From: Eubacteriales bacterium
GTDB taxonomy: Bacteria > Bacillota > Clostridia > Oscillospirales > CAG-272
DNA: 38,889 nt
Reading direction: 5' to 3'
Assembly: GCA_045589735.1 (NCBI GenBank)
Contig: JAZNPQ010000061.1
Coordinates: 1 to 38,889 of the forward strand
Every line of letters starts with the position of its first letter. Position 1 is the first letter of the stretch. Below are positions 27,183 through 37,061 of this stretch, piece after piece. The position numbers and the translations under genes were made by a program. The notes beneath the pieces are model-generated. The model searched no databases, was not told where the DNA came from, and saw nothing but the letters and a program-made list of their open reading frames with translations.

Positions 27183-28268
27183 ATGAACACACAGACAAAA
27201 GCCGCAACTCCCGCGGAAAAAATAATACTTAAGTGCCGTGAGCTGTACGGTAAATACGGCTACCGACATTTTCTTATGAGCAAATTCGAGGATTACGACC
27301 TTTACGCCGACAACCGTAGCTTTCTTCGTTCGGACAGCGTTCTGACGTTTACCGACAGAAGCGGACGCCTTAAAGCTCTCAAGCCCGACGTAACACTGTC
27401 AATAGTCAAGAATCTCGGTGAGGATGAAACTCTTCCCGTTAAAGTCTTTTATAATGAAAACGTGTACAGACCAGCCGACGGGGGCAAGGAATTCTCCGAA
27501 ATAATGCAGCTCGGGCTTGAATCTATAGGTACAGATGACCTTTATTCAGCAGCAGAGGTCATTATGCTTGCCGAAAAATCACTTTCCGAGATAAGCAATT
27601 CTCACATTCTTGACATTTCACATATCGGTCTGCTATCCGAGCTTATATCCGACACCGAGCTTGACGGCTCGGCAAAAACAGCACTGACCGACGCCATAAG
27701 ACGCAAAAGCAGCTCGGCTATAAAGAATGCAGTTTCGGACACAGAACTTGCAGACAAGCTTTGCCGTCTCACCTCCGAGTATACCACGCTCAAACAAGCT
27801 CTCCCCCTCATATCCGAGCTTGTTCCCGAAAGTGACGCTCTCACGGAGCTTCAAGGAATTTGCGATATACTTGACGTTTCGGGTCTTTCTGAAAACGTAT
27901 ACTTTGATTTTTCACTTCTCGGAGACCTCAGCTACTACAACGGCATTATTTTCCAAGGCTTTGTTGACGGCGCACCGTCCGCTGTGCTTTCGGGAGGTCG
28001 CTACGACCCGCTTCTTAGGCGCTTCGGTCGTAACTGCGGCGCTTGCGGATTTGCCATATATCTTGACAGACTTACAGCCCTTGAAGCAAGGTCTCACGCA
28101 AACGACGCCGATATTCTCCTGCTCTACGGTGAGAACGACAGTCCGTTGTATATTGCAAAGGCGGTGTCAATACTTATATCGGACGGCAACACCGTTCTTA
28201 CGGCAAAGGCACAGCCCGACGGTATGAGATTCGGTAAGATAATCAACATAAGCGAGGTCACATTATGA
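27183..28268 (+). CDS. hisZ: ATP phosphoribosyltransferase regulatory subunit (HisRS paralog, 361 aa)
   Basis: Class II aaRS-like core without an anticodon-binding domain. It overlaps the short-form hisG by 4 nt. Confidence 0.85.
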   Translation: MNTQTKAATPAEKIILKCRELYGKYGYRHFLMSKFEDYDLYADNRSFLRSDSVLTFTDRSGRLKALKPDVTLSIVKNLGEDETLPVKVFYNENVYRPADGGKEFSEIMQLGLESIGTDDLYSAAEVIMLAEKSLSEISNSHILDISHIGLLSELISDTELDGSAKTALTDAIRRKSSSAIKNAVSDTELADKLCRLTSEYTTLKQALPLISELVPESDALTELQGICDILDVSGLSENVYFDFSLLGDLSYYNGIIFQGFVDGAPSAVLSGGRYDPLLRRFGRNCGACGFAIYLDRLTALEARSHANDADILLLYGENDSPLYIAKAVSILISDGNTVLTAKAQPDGMRFGKIINISEVTL

Positions 28269-28882
28269 TAAACGTTGCACTTCCTAAGGGCAGACTCGGC
28301 GAGACCGTCCTTGATTTTTTTGAAAAAGCCGGTTACGTTTGCCCCGAAATACATACTCCTTCCAGAAAGCTCGTTTTCGAAGCCGACGGCGTGAGATATT
28401 TTTATGTCAAGCCCTCCGACGTATCTATTTACGTTGAGCGCGGCGTTGCCGACATCGGCGTTGCGGGCAGTGATATCCTGCTTGAATACGAGCCCGACGT
28501 ATATGAGCTTCTCGATCTCGGAGTCGGTAAATGCCGTATGTGCGTTGCCTCCGCGAAGGAATTTGAGGACGACAGGTCAAGACCGCTCAAGGTTGCAACA
28601 AAATTCCCAAACATTGCAAGTAAATACTATTCGAGTATCAGCCGTTCTATCGACATAATAAAGCTTCACGGCTCAATAGAGCTCGCTCCCATCCTCGGAC
28701 TTTCCGACGTTATCGTCGATATAGTTGAAACAGGCTCTACGCTCCGAGAAAACGGTCTTGAGGTTAAGCATTCGATAGTTCCGATAAGCGCACAGCTCAT
28801 TGCAAACAAGGCAAGCTATAAATTCAAGCGCGACGAGCTTTCGTCTCTTATGGAAAAGATACAAAAGGTCAAGGGCGAATAA
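28265..28882 (+). CDS. hisG: ATP phosphoribosyltransferase, short form (205 aa)
   Basis: ALPKGRL, DIGV.G.D.L.E and VD.V.TG.TL..N motifs. The length is typical of HisZ-dependent HisG. Confidence 0.9.
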   Translation: MINVALPKGRLGETVLDFFEKAGYVCPEIHTPSRKLVFEADGVRYFYVKPSDVSIYVERGVADIGVAGSDILLEYEPDVYELLDLGVGKCRMCVASAKEFEDDRSRPLKVATKFPNIASKYYSSISRSIDIIKLHGSIELAPILGLSDVIVDIVETGSTLRENGLEVKHSIVPISAQLIANKASYKFKRDELSSLMEKIQKVKGE

Positions 28883-28919
28883 TTTTCGCAAAAATCACAA
28901 AGCAGAAGGTCAAACAGAT

Positions 28920-30197
28920 ATGATTAAAATTTACGATTACAAAACAATGTCCGATAACGACATTTTCTCACGTGAGATAACAGCCTCAGGCGTTGAGCAG
29001 ATAGTTTCAAATATTATAGCAACTGTAAGATCGTCGGGTGATACGGCTCTCTATGCTTATACGGAAAGATTTGACGGTGTCGCACTTTCATCTCTTGAAG
29101 TAACAAAGGAAGAAATAGATAAGGCTTTTGAGTCGGTCGATCCCGAATTCATCAAAATAATAAAAAAATCGGCGGCAAACATCAAGGCTTTTCACAAAAA
29201 ACAGATCCGTCGCGGATTTAAAATGAAGAAATCGGACGGTATCGTTCTCGGTCAGAAGGTAACCCCGCTTGAAAAAGCGGGTATATACGTTCCCGGCGGT
29301 ACTGCCGCATATCCCTCAACTGTTCTTATGGACTGTATTCCCGCAAAGCTTGCCGGAGTTAAAGAGGTCATTATGGTAACGCCTCCGTCAAAGGACGGAA
29401 GCGTCAATCCCGCAATACTCGCCGCCGCAAAGATAGCAGAGGTTGACCGAATTTTCAAGATTGGTGGCGCTCAGGCTGTTGCAGCTCTTGCATACGGTAC
29501 GGAATCCGTTCCATCGGTAGATAAGATCGTCGGTCCCGGAAACGCGTTCGTTGCCGAGGCAAAGCGTCAGGTCTTCGGAAAGGTCGCTATCGATATGATC
29601 GCAGGTCCGTCCGAGATACTCGTTATTGCTGACGGCAAGAGCAATCCCACATGGGTCTCAGCAGATCTGCTATCTCAAGCAGAGCACGACAAAATGGCAA
29701 GTGCCGTGCTTGTTACCGACAGTATAGATCTTGCAAAAGCGGTTCAGGCAGAGCTTGAAACACAGATCGATGCCCTTCCGCGCCGTGAGATTGCAAGAAC
29801 CTCTATTGACGGAAACGGTAAGATAATCATCGCAGAAAGCATTGACGAAGCCGTTGACATAGCTAACCGCATAGCTCCCGAGCATCTTGAGGTCTGTGTT
29901 GACGATCCCTTTAAATATCTTGACCGTATACAGAATGCGGGCTCCGTATTTCTTGGCAGATACTGTCCCGAATCTCTCGGAGATTACTACGCAGGACCGA
30001 ACCACACACTTCCCACAAACGGTACCGCACGTTTTTCAAGTCCCCTCTCGGTTGACGATTTCGTTAAAAAGACCGCGTTTTCCTACTATGAACGTTCGTC
30101 TCTTGAAAAAGCCTACAAGGACATCGCCGTATTTGCGAGAAAAGAAGGACTTGAAGCCCACGCAAGAGCGGCTGAAACGAGGTTCAATACCAAATGA
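28920..30197 (+). CDS. hisD: Histidinol dehydrogenase (425 aa from ATG 28920)
   Basis: GIYVPGG.A.YPSTVLM, GPGN.FV..AK, QAEHD and APEHLE motifs. The longer ORF from 28800 overlaps hisG and is rejected. Confidence 0.9.
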   Translation: MIKIYDYKTMSDNDIFSREITASGVEQIVSNIIATVRSSGDTALYAYTERFDGVALSSLEVTKEEIDKAFESVDPEFIKIIKKSAANIKAFHKKQIRRGFKMKKSDGIVLGQKVTPLEKAGIYVPGGTAAYPSTVLMDCIPAKLAGVKEVIMVTPPSKDGSVNPAILAAAKIAEVDRIFKIGGAQAVAALAYGTESVPSVDKIVGPGNAFVAEAKRQVFGKVAIDMIAGPSEILVIADGKSNPTWVSADLLSQAEHDKMASAVLVTDSIDLAKAVQAELETQIDALPRREIARTSIDGNGKIIIAESIDEAVDIANRIAPEHLEVCVDDPFKYLDRIQNAGSVFLGRYCPESLGDYYAGPNHTLPTNGTARFSSPLSVDDFVKKTAFSYYERSSLEKAYKDIAVFARKEGLEAHARAAETRFNTK

Positions 30198-31258
30198 GCA
30201 GATTTATCTCTCCGCGTTTCGATTCGCTTCGTGAATACGTTCCGGGCGAGCAACCTAAGGAGCGCAAATATATAAAGCTCAACACCAACGAGTCTCCGTA
30301 TCCGCCCTCTCCCGCAACAGTCGCGGCGGCACAGTCTGCTGCACTCGGATGCAATCTTTATTCCGACCCAACACTTATGTCAGTACGTTCGCGTATTGCA
30401 AAGCTATATGGAGTTGAGAGTGAAAACGTAACAGTTACCAATGGATCTGACGAAACTCTGTCATTTGCTTTTATGGCGTACTGTGACAAAAACACAGGCG
30501 CGGCATTTCCCGACATAAGCTACGGATTTTATCCGGTTTTCGGAAAGCTCTACGCTCTCGATTGCAAAAGAATTGCGCTTAAAGACAATTTTTCGATAAA
30601 TATTTCCGATTATTTCGGTCTCGGACGCACAATTTTTATTGCAAATCCTAACGCGCCCACGGGACTCACTCTCTCGCTTTCCGAAATTGAAGAAATACTC
30701 AAAAGAAATCCCGACAATATAGTCGTTATTGACGAAGCATATGTTGATTTCGGTGCCGAAAGTGCGGTTCCGCTTACAAAAAAATACGAAAATCTCCTGG
30801 TGGTCGGTACTTTTTCCAAGTCACGATCGCTTGCAGGTGCTCGCGTGGGATTCGGTATCGCGTCAACGGAAATTATAAAAGACCTTGACAAGCTTCGTAA
30901 CTCTACAAATCCCTATAACGTAAACTCTATGTCTCTCGCAGCGGCTGCGGCCGCCCTTGATGATAACGAATACTACGTTTCAAACTGCAAAAGAATACAG
31001 GCAAGCAGAAAGGTCATGTCGGACGGTCTCAAGGCTCTCGGATTTGAGCTGACCGATTCAAAGGCAAATTTCGTGTTCGCAAAGCACGAAAAGATCGGCG
31101 GCAAGGAGCTTTATCTTAAACTTCGCGAAGAAGGTGTTCTCGTTCGCCATTTCGATTCCGACAGAATTTCGGAGTATAACCGTATTACAGTAGGCTCCGA
31201 GAGTGAAGTCTCTGCTCTGCTCTCCGCCTGCGAAAAAATACTGAAAGGAACTAACTGA
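30194..31258 (+). CDS. hisC: Histidinol-phosphate aminotransferase (354 aa)
   Basis: Class II aminotransferase pattern (LNTNESPYPPS, NPNAPTG, DEAYVDF, PLP lysine context TFSKSRSLAG). The position within the his operon supports the call. Confidence 0.9.
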   Translation: MSRFISPRFDSLREYVPGEQPKERKYIKLNTNESPYPPSPATVAAAQSAALGCNLYSDPTLMSVRSRIAKLYGVESENVTVTNGSDETLSFAFMAYCDKNTGAAFPDISYGFYPVFGKLYALDCKRIALKDNFSINISDYFGLGRTIFIANPNAPTGLTLSLSEIEEILKRNPDNIVVIDEAYVDFGAESAVPLTKKYENLLVVGTFSKSRSLAGARVGFGIASTEIIKDLDKLRNSTNPYNVNSMSLAAAAAALDDNEYYVSNCKRIQASRKVMSDGLKALGFELTDSKANFVFAKHEKIGGKELYLKLREEGVLVRHFDSDRISEYNRITVGSESEVSALLSACEKILKGTN

Positions 31259-31259
31259 T

Positions 31260-31847
31260 ATGAGATGTTCTGATATAGTTCGTACAACCAAAGAAACCGA
31301 CATAAAGCTTTCCTTAAACCTCGACGGGAAAGGAAATTCCTCTATTGACACCGGTTGCGGATTCCTTGATCATATGCTGACGCTTCTCTCAAAGCACGGC
31401 AGATTTGATCTTGATGTCACCTGCAAGGGAGACACGGAGGTGGACTATCACCACACTGCAGAGGATATCGGCATCTGTCTCGGTATGGCTTTCTCCGAGG
31501 CTCTCGGCGACTGTCGCGGTATCGTTCGATACGGTGACATAGCTCTTCCCATGGATGAGGCTCTCATACTTGCGGCAACAGATATTTCAGGACGCGCTCA
31601 TCTCGGATACGATCTGACCCTCACTCGCAGAAAGGTCGGAGATTTTGATACCGAGCTTGCCGAAGAGTTCTGGCTCGGATTTGTTCGCAATGCAAAAATA
31701 ACGCTCCACATAAAGCAGCTTGCCGGAAAAAACACTCATCACATTCTTGAGGGCAGCTTCAAGGCGGTAGCACGTGCACTTCGCGCGGCTGTTGCGATGG
31801 ATCCCGACGCTAAAGGTGAGATCCCGTCGTCAAAGGGTGTATTATGA
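31260..31847 (+). CDS. hisB: Imidazoleglycerol-phosphate dehydratase (195 aa)
   Basis: RTTKETDI, GFLDHML, HHTAEDIGI and HHILE motifs. Confidence 0.95.
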   Translation: MRCSDIVRTTKETDIKLSLNLDGKGNSSIDTGCGFLDHMLTLLSKHGRFDLDVTCKGDTEVDYHHTAEDIGICLGMAFSEALGDCRGIVRYGDIALPMDEALILAATDISGRAHLGYDLTLTRRKVGDFDTELAEEFWLGFVRNAKITLHIKQLAGKNTHHILEGSFKAVARALRAAVAMDPDAKGEIPSSKGVL

Positions 31848-32461
31848 CGGTTATAGTTGATTACGGTGTCGGAAATCTTTTTTCGCTAAAAAGCTCTCTC
31901 TCCGCTCTCGGTGAAACGGTCGAGGTTACGGGAGACCGCGATAAAATACTTTCCGCAGAAAGAATAATACTCCCCGGGGTCGGCGCATTCGAGGATGCGG
32001 CACGAAAGCTCCGCGATAGCGGTCTCGATCAGGCGGTCATCTCTGCCGCAAAAAAAGGAACTCCCCTGCTCGGTATCTGTCTCGGTATGCAGATGCTTTT
32101 TGAGAAAAGCTTCGAATTCGGTGAACATGAAGGACTTGGACTCATCCCCGGAAGCGTTCGCCCTTTTGCTCCGCTTGTCGGAGAGCTTAAGGTTCCGCAG
32201 ATAGGTTGGAACCGTCTCGTTTTCCCCGAAAACAAACCGAAAAGTCAGCTTTTCAAGTATATAAACGAAGGCGATCACGTTTATTTCGTTCATTCGTACG
32301 CCGCGATGGACTGTGACAGCTACGTTTCATCACGCACCGAATACGGCGTTATGCTGACGGCATCGGCTGAGAACGGTAACGTTTTCGGTACTCAGTTTCA
32401 TCCCGAAAAGAGCGGCAAGGTCGGTCTTGCCATACTCAAAGCATTCATTGAAATGAACTAA
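31844..32461 (+). CDS. hisH: Imidazole glycerol phosphate synthase, glutaminase subunit (205 aa)
   Basis: VDYGVGNL, LPGVGAF, GICLGMQ (catalytic Cys) and FHPEKS. Confidence 0.95.
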   Translation: MTVIVDYGVGNLFSLKSSLSALGETVEVTGDRDKILSAERIILPGVGAFEDAARKLRDSGLDQAVISAAKKGTPLLGICLGMQMLFEKSFEFGEHEGLGLIPGSVRPFAPLVGELKVPQIGWNRLVFPENKPKSQLFKYINEGDHVYFVHSYAAMDCDSYVSSRTEYGVMLTASAENGNVFGTQFHPEKSGKVGLAILKAFIEMN

Positions 32462-32477
32462 AAAGGATAATACATAT

Positions 32478-33203
32478 ATGATAATTTTTCCCGCAACAGA
32501 TATAATCGGAGGTAAGGCTGTCCGACTTACACGCGGAGATTATGCACAGATGACGGTTTATGCAGACGATCCGCTCAATATTGCTAAAATTTTCAAGGAC
32601 AGCGGCGCTGAATATCTTCACGCAGTCGACCTTGAGGGCGCACGTGACGGCGGAACTCCCAATTTTGATACCGTCAAGCGTCTTATAGATAACAGCGGTC
32701 TTAAGGTCGAGATCGGCGGCGGTATACGCGATATGGAAACCGTTGACAAATATCTCTCCGCCGGTGCGTTCCGTGTGATCCTCGGAACTGCGGCACTTAC
32801 CGACCGTGAGTTTCTCCGTACTGCCGTAAAAAAATACGGCGACAGAATTGCCGTCGGCGTTGATCTCAAGGACGGTTTTGTCGCAATAAAGGGCTGGACG
32901 GAGACATCTTCCGTTTCAGGTATGGATTTTATCGCAGAGCTTGTACGTGACGGTGTTTCGTGCGTTATTTGTACCGACATCTCCAAGGACGGCGTGCTTG
33001 GCGGTACAAACGAGGCACTCTACGCCGAAATAACCGAAAAATTCCCGACACTTGACCTTGTTGCGTCTGGAGGTATTTCTGATATTGAGACCGTTAAGCG
33101 TCTCACGTCTCTCGGCATATACGGCGCAATACTCGGAAAAGCAATTTATACCGGTGCGCTTTCGCTTGTTGAATCGGTAAAGGCTTCGGAGGGTACAAAA
33201 TGA
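32478..33203 (+). CDS. hisA: ProFAR isomerase (241 aa)
   Basis: IFPATDI..GK.VRL.RGDY, HAVDLEGA, GGGIR and TDISKDG motifs. Confidence 0.95.
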   Translation: MIIFPATDIIGGKAVRLTRGDYAQMTVYADDPLNIAKIFKDSGAEYLHAVDLEGARDGGTPNFDTVKRLIDNSGLKVEIGGGIRDMETVDKYLSAGAFRVILGTAALTDREFLRTAVKKYGDRIAVGVDLKDGFVAIKGWTETSSVSGMDFIAELVRDGVSCVICTDISKDGVLGGTNEALYAEITEKFPTLDLVASGGISDIETVKRLTSLGIYGAILGKAIYTGALSLVESVKASEGTK

Positions 33204-33958
33204 TAACAAAAAGAATTATTCCCTGCCTCGATGTCCGTGACGGACGCGTTGTTAAAGGCACGAATTTTCTCGGTCTGCGTGACGTTTCCTCTCCCGTCTC
33301 TCTTGCGGAGTTCTACAGCGACGGAGGTGCTGACGAGCTTGTATTTTACGATATAACGGCATCTGCCGAGGGGCGGGCGCTCTTTACCGACATACTTAAA
33401 GAGACCGCGTCAAAGGTGTTCATTCCCCTGACGGTAGGCGGCGGTATAAATACGCTTGACGATTTTGACCGCGTACTCAAATGCGGTGCGGACAAGGTCA
33501 GCGTAAATTCGGGTGCTATCCGCAATCCCGGACTTATAAAGGAAGCCGCGCTCAAATACGGAAGTCAGTGCGTTGTCATATCTGCCGACGTAAAACGTGT
33601 TGACGGTGAATTCCGCGTTTTCGCTCGCGGAGGACGTGACGACACGGGAATGGAGGCTATTTCGTGGATAAAGCGTTGCGTTGATAACGGCGCGGGGGAG
33701 GTCGTGCTTAATTCCATCGATACCGACGGAGTCAAAAACGGATTTGACCTGCCTATGCTTAAAGCGGTATGCGATGCCGTAAACGTTCCCGTTATTGCAT
33801 CGGGCGGAGCAGGCTCGACCGAGCATTTTATTGAACTTTTTAAAGAAATACCCACCGTTGATGCGGGTCTTGCCGCGTCCGTATTCCATTTCGGTGAAAT
33901 AAAGATCTCCGAACTCAAAAAATCACTTGCTGAAAATAATATAGAGGTTAGATTATGA
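33200..33958 (+). CDS. hisF: Imidazole glycerol phosphate synthase, cyclase subunit (252 aa)
   Basis: [32 protein letters not shown] and ASGGAG motifs. Confidence 0.95.
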   Translation: MITKRIIPCLDVRDGRVVKGTNFLGLRDVSSPVSLAEFYSDGGADELVFYDITASAEGRALFTDILKETASKVFIPLTVGGGINTLDDFDRVLKCGADKVSVNSGAIRNPGLIKEAALKYGSQCVVISADVKRVDGEFRVFARGGRDDTGMEAISWIKRCVDNGAGEVVLNSIDTDGVKNGFDLPMLKAVCDAVNVPVIASGGAGSTEHFIELFKEIPTVDAGLAASVFHFGEIKISELKKSLAENNIEVRL

Positions 33959-34602
33959 TTAAAATTGATGAACTTAAATTTGACGCAAACGGACTCATAC
34001 CCGCAATAGTCGTTGACGCTGTTGACGGTAAGGTCCTTATGCTCGCTTATATGAACAAGGAAAGCCTTGAGATAAGCATTAATGAAGGTACGACATGTTT
34101 CTGGTCACGTTCAAGACAGGAGCTTTGGAGAAAGGGAGAGACCTCCGGCAACCGTCAGCACATTCTTTCAATCAAAGCAGACTGTGACCGCGATACTCTC
34201 ACAGTTCTTGTCAAAAAGGACGGTCCCGCCTGCCACACGGGTGCTGAGACCTGCTTTAACGATCTCGTTTATTCTTCGGGCAACGATGAGCCCTTCTCAC
34301 TTGACAGCCTTATGGAGCTGCTCAAGGGCAGAAAAGCCGAGCTTCCCGAAGGCTCGTACACCACGTACCTTTTCCAAAAGGGTATTGACAAAATACTCAA
34401 AAAGGTCGGTGAAGAATCTACTGAGGTCATCATCGCGGGTAAAGCAAACGACAAGGCAGAGGCTATTTATGAAATTGCAGACCTCACCTATCACGTTATG
34501 GTAATGATGACCGAAATGGGAATTTCTGTCGACGATGTCAGAGCCGAGCTTGCTTCAAGACACATAATCGACCACAAGGTCAAGCAGGAAAAAATGAAAT
34601 GA
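33955..34602 (+). CDS. hisI: Bifunctional phosphoribosyl-AMP cyclohydrolase / phosphoribosyl-ATP pyrophosphatase (215 aa)
   Basis: N-terminal HisI half ([20 protein letters not shown]) and C-terminal HisE half ([19 protein letters not shown]). Confidence 0.9.
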   Translation: MIKIDELKFDANGLIPAIVVDAVDGKVLMLAYMNKESLEISINEGTTCFWSRSRQELWRKGETSGNRQHILSIKADCDRDTLTVLVKKDGPACHTGAETCFNDLVYSSGNDEPFSLDSLMELLKGRKAELPEGSYTTYLFQKGIDKILKKVGEESTEVIIAGKANDKAEAIYEIADLTYHVMVMMTEMGISVDDVRAELASRHIIDHKVKQEKMK

Positions 34603-35414
34603 GCTATCTCTGCGACCTGCACGCGCACACAACGTACTGTGACGGTTCTGCCTCTCCCGAGAAAATGATACTGTCAGCAATAGCCAAGGGATGCAGATCG
34701 TTCGGTCTTTCGGGTCACGCTCCCGTCAATATAGACGGCGATTGGTATATGAGAGAGGAAAAAATACAGCCATACCTTTCAGAGCTTTACTCACTCAAGG
34801 AAAAATACGCAGACAAAATTGAGTTTTACGTCGGATTTGAAGCCGATATGTACAGTCCCGAGCTTCCCCGCTGCGACTACAAAATTGCTTCACTTCACTA
34901 CACCGATGCTGACGGCAAATTTTTCGACGTTGATCACACCGAAGAAAAGCAAAAAAAAGCCGTAAGCACTCATTTCGGCGGTGATTTTTACGCCTATGTA
35001 GAAAACTATTATGACCGTCTCAAAAGCGTTATAGAAAAGACACACGGCGATATTATCGGTCACTTTGATCTTGTAACCAAATTCAACGGCGACGGTAAGC
35101 TTTTCAACGAGAATGATCCGCGTTATCTCTCGGCGGCATTTGACGCTATGTCTGAGCTTGTAAAATACGGTCTGCCGTTTGAAATAAACACAGGCGCGAT
35201 CTCAAGAGGCTACAGAAATACTCCCTACCCTTCAAAGGCTCTCCTCACAGAGCTTCGCCGTCTTGGCGGAAAAATAATGTTCAACAGCGACGCGCATTCT
35301 CCGTCGGCTATCTGTTGCTGTTTTGACAATGCCAAAGAGCTTGCAAAAGAATGCGGATTTGATTCCCACGTTGTGCTTTCAAAGGGTAAATTTACAGAAG
35401 TAACTTTAAAATAA
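34599..35414 (+). CDS. hisJ: PHP-family histidinol-phosphatase (271 aa)
   Basis: DLHAHT..CDG, GLSGHAP, GHFDL and NSDAHS motifs of the PHP fold. It is the last gene of the his operon, with an ATGA overlap onto hisIE. Confidence 0.85.
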   Translation: MSYLCDLHAHTTYCDGSASPEKMILSAIAKGCRSFGLSGHAPVNIDGDWYMREEKIQPYLSELYSLKEKYADKIEFYVGFEADMYSPELPRCDYKIASLHYTDADGKFFDVDHTEEKQKKAVSTHFGGDFYAYVENYYDRLKSVIEKTHGDIIGHFDLVTKFNGDGKLFNENDPRYLSAAFDAMSELVKYGLPFEINTGAISRGYRNTPYPSKALLTELRRLGGKIMFNSDAHSPSAICCCFDNAKELAKECGFDSHVVLSKGKFTEVTLK

Positions 35415-35440
35415 AAAAGAACCGAATCGGTTCTTTTTTA
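35414..35440. terminator. Bidirectional terminator after the his operon
   Basis: AAAAAGAACCG-AAT-CGGTTCTTTTT hairpin flanked by A-run and T-run. It abuts the stop of the convergent minus-strand gene. Confidence 0.8.
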
Positions 35441-36094
35441 TTTTTTCTTTTTTTGTCTGTACCGTGAGGTCAGGGATCTCATAATACCAACACAATCGGA
35501 TATGTACTCTGCCTTCGGCTGATATAAATTAAACTTGTCCCCTCCCCAGCTGTCCGAGCGTCTGAACCGTCCCGCTTTTCCTTCATATATAATATATTTT
35601 CTCAACACCCTTTCAAAAGCATTGAGCGAAGGACTTGGATTCTTTGAACGGTATACTCCTATTTCGGAGAGAAAATAACACACGAATTCAATACAGGTAT
35701 ATGCTCGGTCTACCTCGACGTATCCGCCGTACACAGCCGTCGCCGCCGCCGAAAAATAATTGTATATATACTCATCCGCATTTCTTTTCAATGATTCGAG
35801 CATTTTTTGAGCCTTTTCGTACTGCTCGCACGATATTGGAAGCGCGGCTACCATAATGTCGGAATCATTATTGTTATGTTTATACCGCATAAGCGACTCT
35901 TCCACAAATCCCGCGTTAAACGTAGAATGCTTGTGACGTCTTGAAAACGAGTACATAGGCTCAAGGTCGGGCGAAAGCGAGAGAGATGCGTGATTGTATT
36001 TTACTTTTTTAAAGGCGCGTATTACCTTTCCCGTTCTGTACGGCGTGGACGAAAGCACTATATATATATACTCACGTTCAGTATTGCAGCTCAT
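35438..36094 (-). CDS. Hypothetical protein, possibly a permuted papain-like (YiiX/NlpC-P60-type) hydrolase (218 aa from ATG 36094)
   Basis: His-before-Cys arrangement (KYNHASLSL ... AYTCIEFVCYFL). SD GGAG lies 7 nt before the ATG at 36094. The longer ORF to 36220 would overlap the AraC gene. The family call is tentative. Confidence 0.5.
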   Translation of the reverse strand: MSCNTEREYIYIVLSSTPYRTGKVIRAFKKVKYNHASLSLSPDLEPMYSFSRRHKHSTFNAGFVEESLMRYKHNNNDSDIMVAALPISCEQYEKAQKMLESLKRNADEYIYNYFSAAATAVYGGYVEVDRAYTCIEFVCYFLSEIGVYRSKNPSPSLNAFERVLRKYIIYEGKAGRFRRSDSWGGDKFNLYQPKAEYISDCVGIMRSLTSRYRQKKKK

Positions 36095-36162
36095 GATATC
36101 TCCGTTCTTACTATCTTTTTCGCTATTATTATACACCGAATTCGATATTATGTCAATATGTA

Positions 36163-36939
36163 CTACCTTTTGTTCATATGTATCATCGGAAAACGCTTTC
36201 TGTATTCGGAAGGAAAGCATCCCTCGTGATATTTGAAATATCCTATAAACTCTTTATCGTTCGAAAAGCCAAGCTCGGCAGAGATTTCCTTTACGTATTT
36301 TTCGGTATTGCAAAGAAGCGCCTTTGCTCTTGCAAGAATAAATCTGTTTATCATTTTTCCTGCCGTGATACCGTAATTGTTTTTACAAAGTCTTGATATA
36401 TGATCTGCAGAAAACCCGAAATGCTCCGCTGTTTTTGACACTGACAGCTTTGCATCTGCGTTTATCCGTATCCATTCCTTTATAGCCTCGGCGCGTTCGT
36501 CATATCTGTGAGTCTCCTCATCTGCTATAAAGCAGAACTCCGAGAGTATATGTATCAGCGTCGCGTTTACAAGATATTCGGGCGGTTCGGGAAGATTATT
36601 CCAATGAAGAAGCTCCTTGAAAAGCGATTTACTTTCAAAGCGTTCAAAAAAACGTTTTTTAAACGGAAGCTCACCCCACAAAAGCTCAAAATGCACCCAA
36701 TAAAAAGATACGTCACGCGTTACCCTTGTTCCCTTGTGGCATACATTCGGTTCAAGCAATATAAGCTGACCTTCTCTTACGTGTATGTCCTTATTATCCT
36801 CTGACAGATATACGTCACCCTTTTTGACGTATATTATTTCGTAGGTTTTTTCTATTCGTTCGGGGTGTATCCAATCTCTGTCAGTGTTAAAAAGCCCCGC
36901 GCTCTTGAATGCGATATTTTTATTCATCAAATCATTCAT
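36163..36939 (-). CDS. AraC family transcriptional regulator with N-terminal cupin-like sensor domain (258 aa)
   Basis: C-terminal double HTH (VSKTAEHFGFSADHISRLCK ... EISAELGFSNDKEFIGYFKYHEGCFPSEYRK). Confidence 0.85.
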   Translation of the reverse strand: MNDLMNKNIAFKSAGLFNTDRDWIHPERIEKTYEIIYVKKGDVYLSEDNKDIHVREGQLILLEPNVCHKGTRVTRDVSFYWVHFELLWGELPFKKRFFERFESKSLFKELLHWNNLPEPPEYLVNATLIHILSEFCFIADEETHRYDERAEAIKEWIRINADAKLSVSKTAEHFGFSADHISRLCKNNYGITAGKMINRFILARAKALLCNTEKYVKEISAELGFSNDKEFIGYFKYHEGCFPSEYRKRFPMIHMNKR

Positions 36940-36974
36940 ATCGGATTTTCTTACCTTCTATCGTTTTTTGAGTA

Positions 36975-37003
36975 TTGACTTGCATTTCGTTCGACTATAT
37001 AAT
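36975..37003 (+). promoter_or_regulatory. Consensus sigma-A promoter for the GH127 gene, divergent from AraC
   Basis: TTGACT (36975-36980), 17-nt spacer, TATAAT (36998-37003). Confidence 0.6.
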
Positions 37004-37061
37004 TATTATACTGCAACCTCGAAAAAAAAGCAATACAGATCACAAAAAAGGAGCATTTAAG

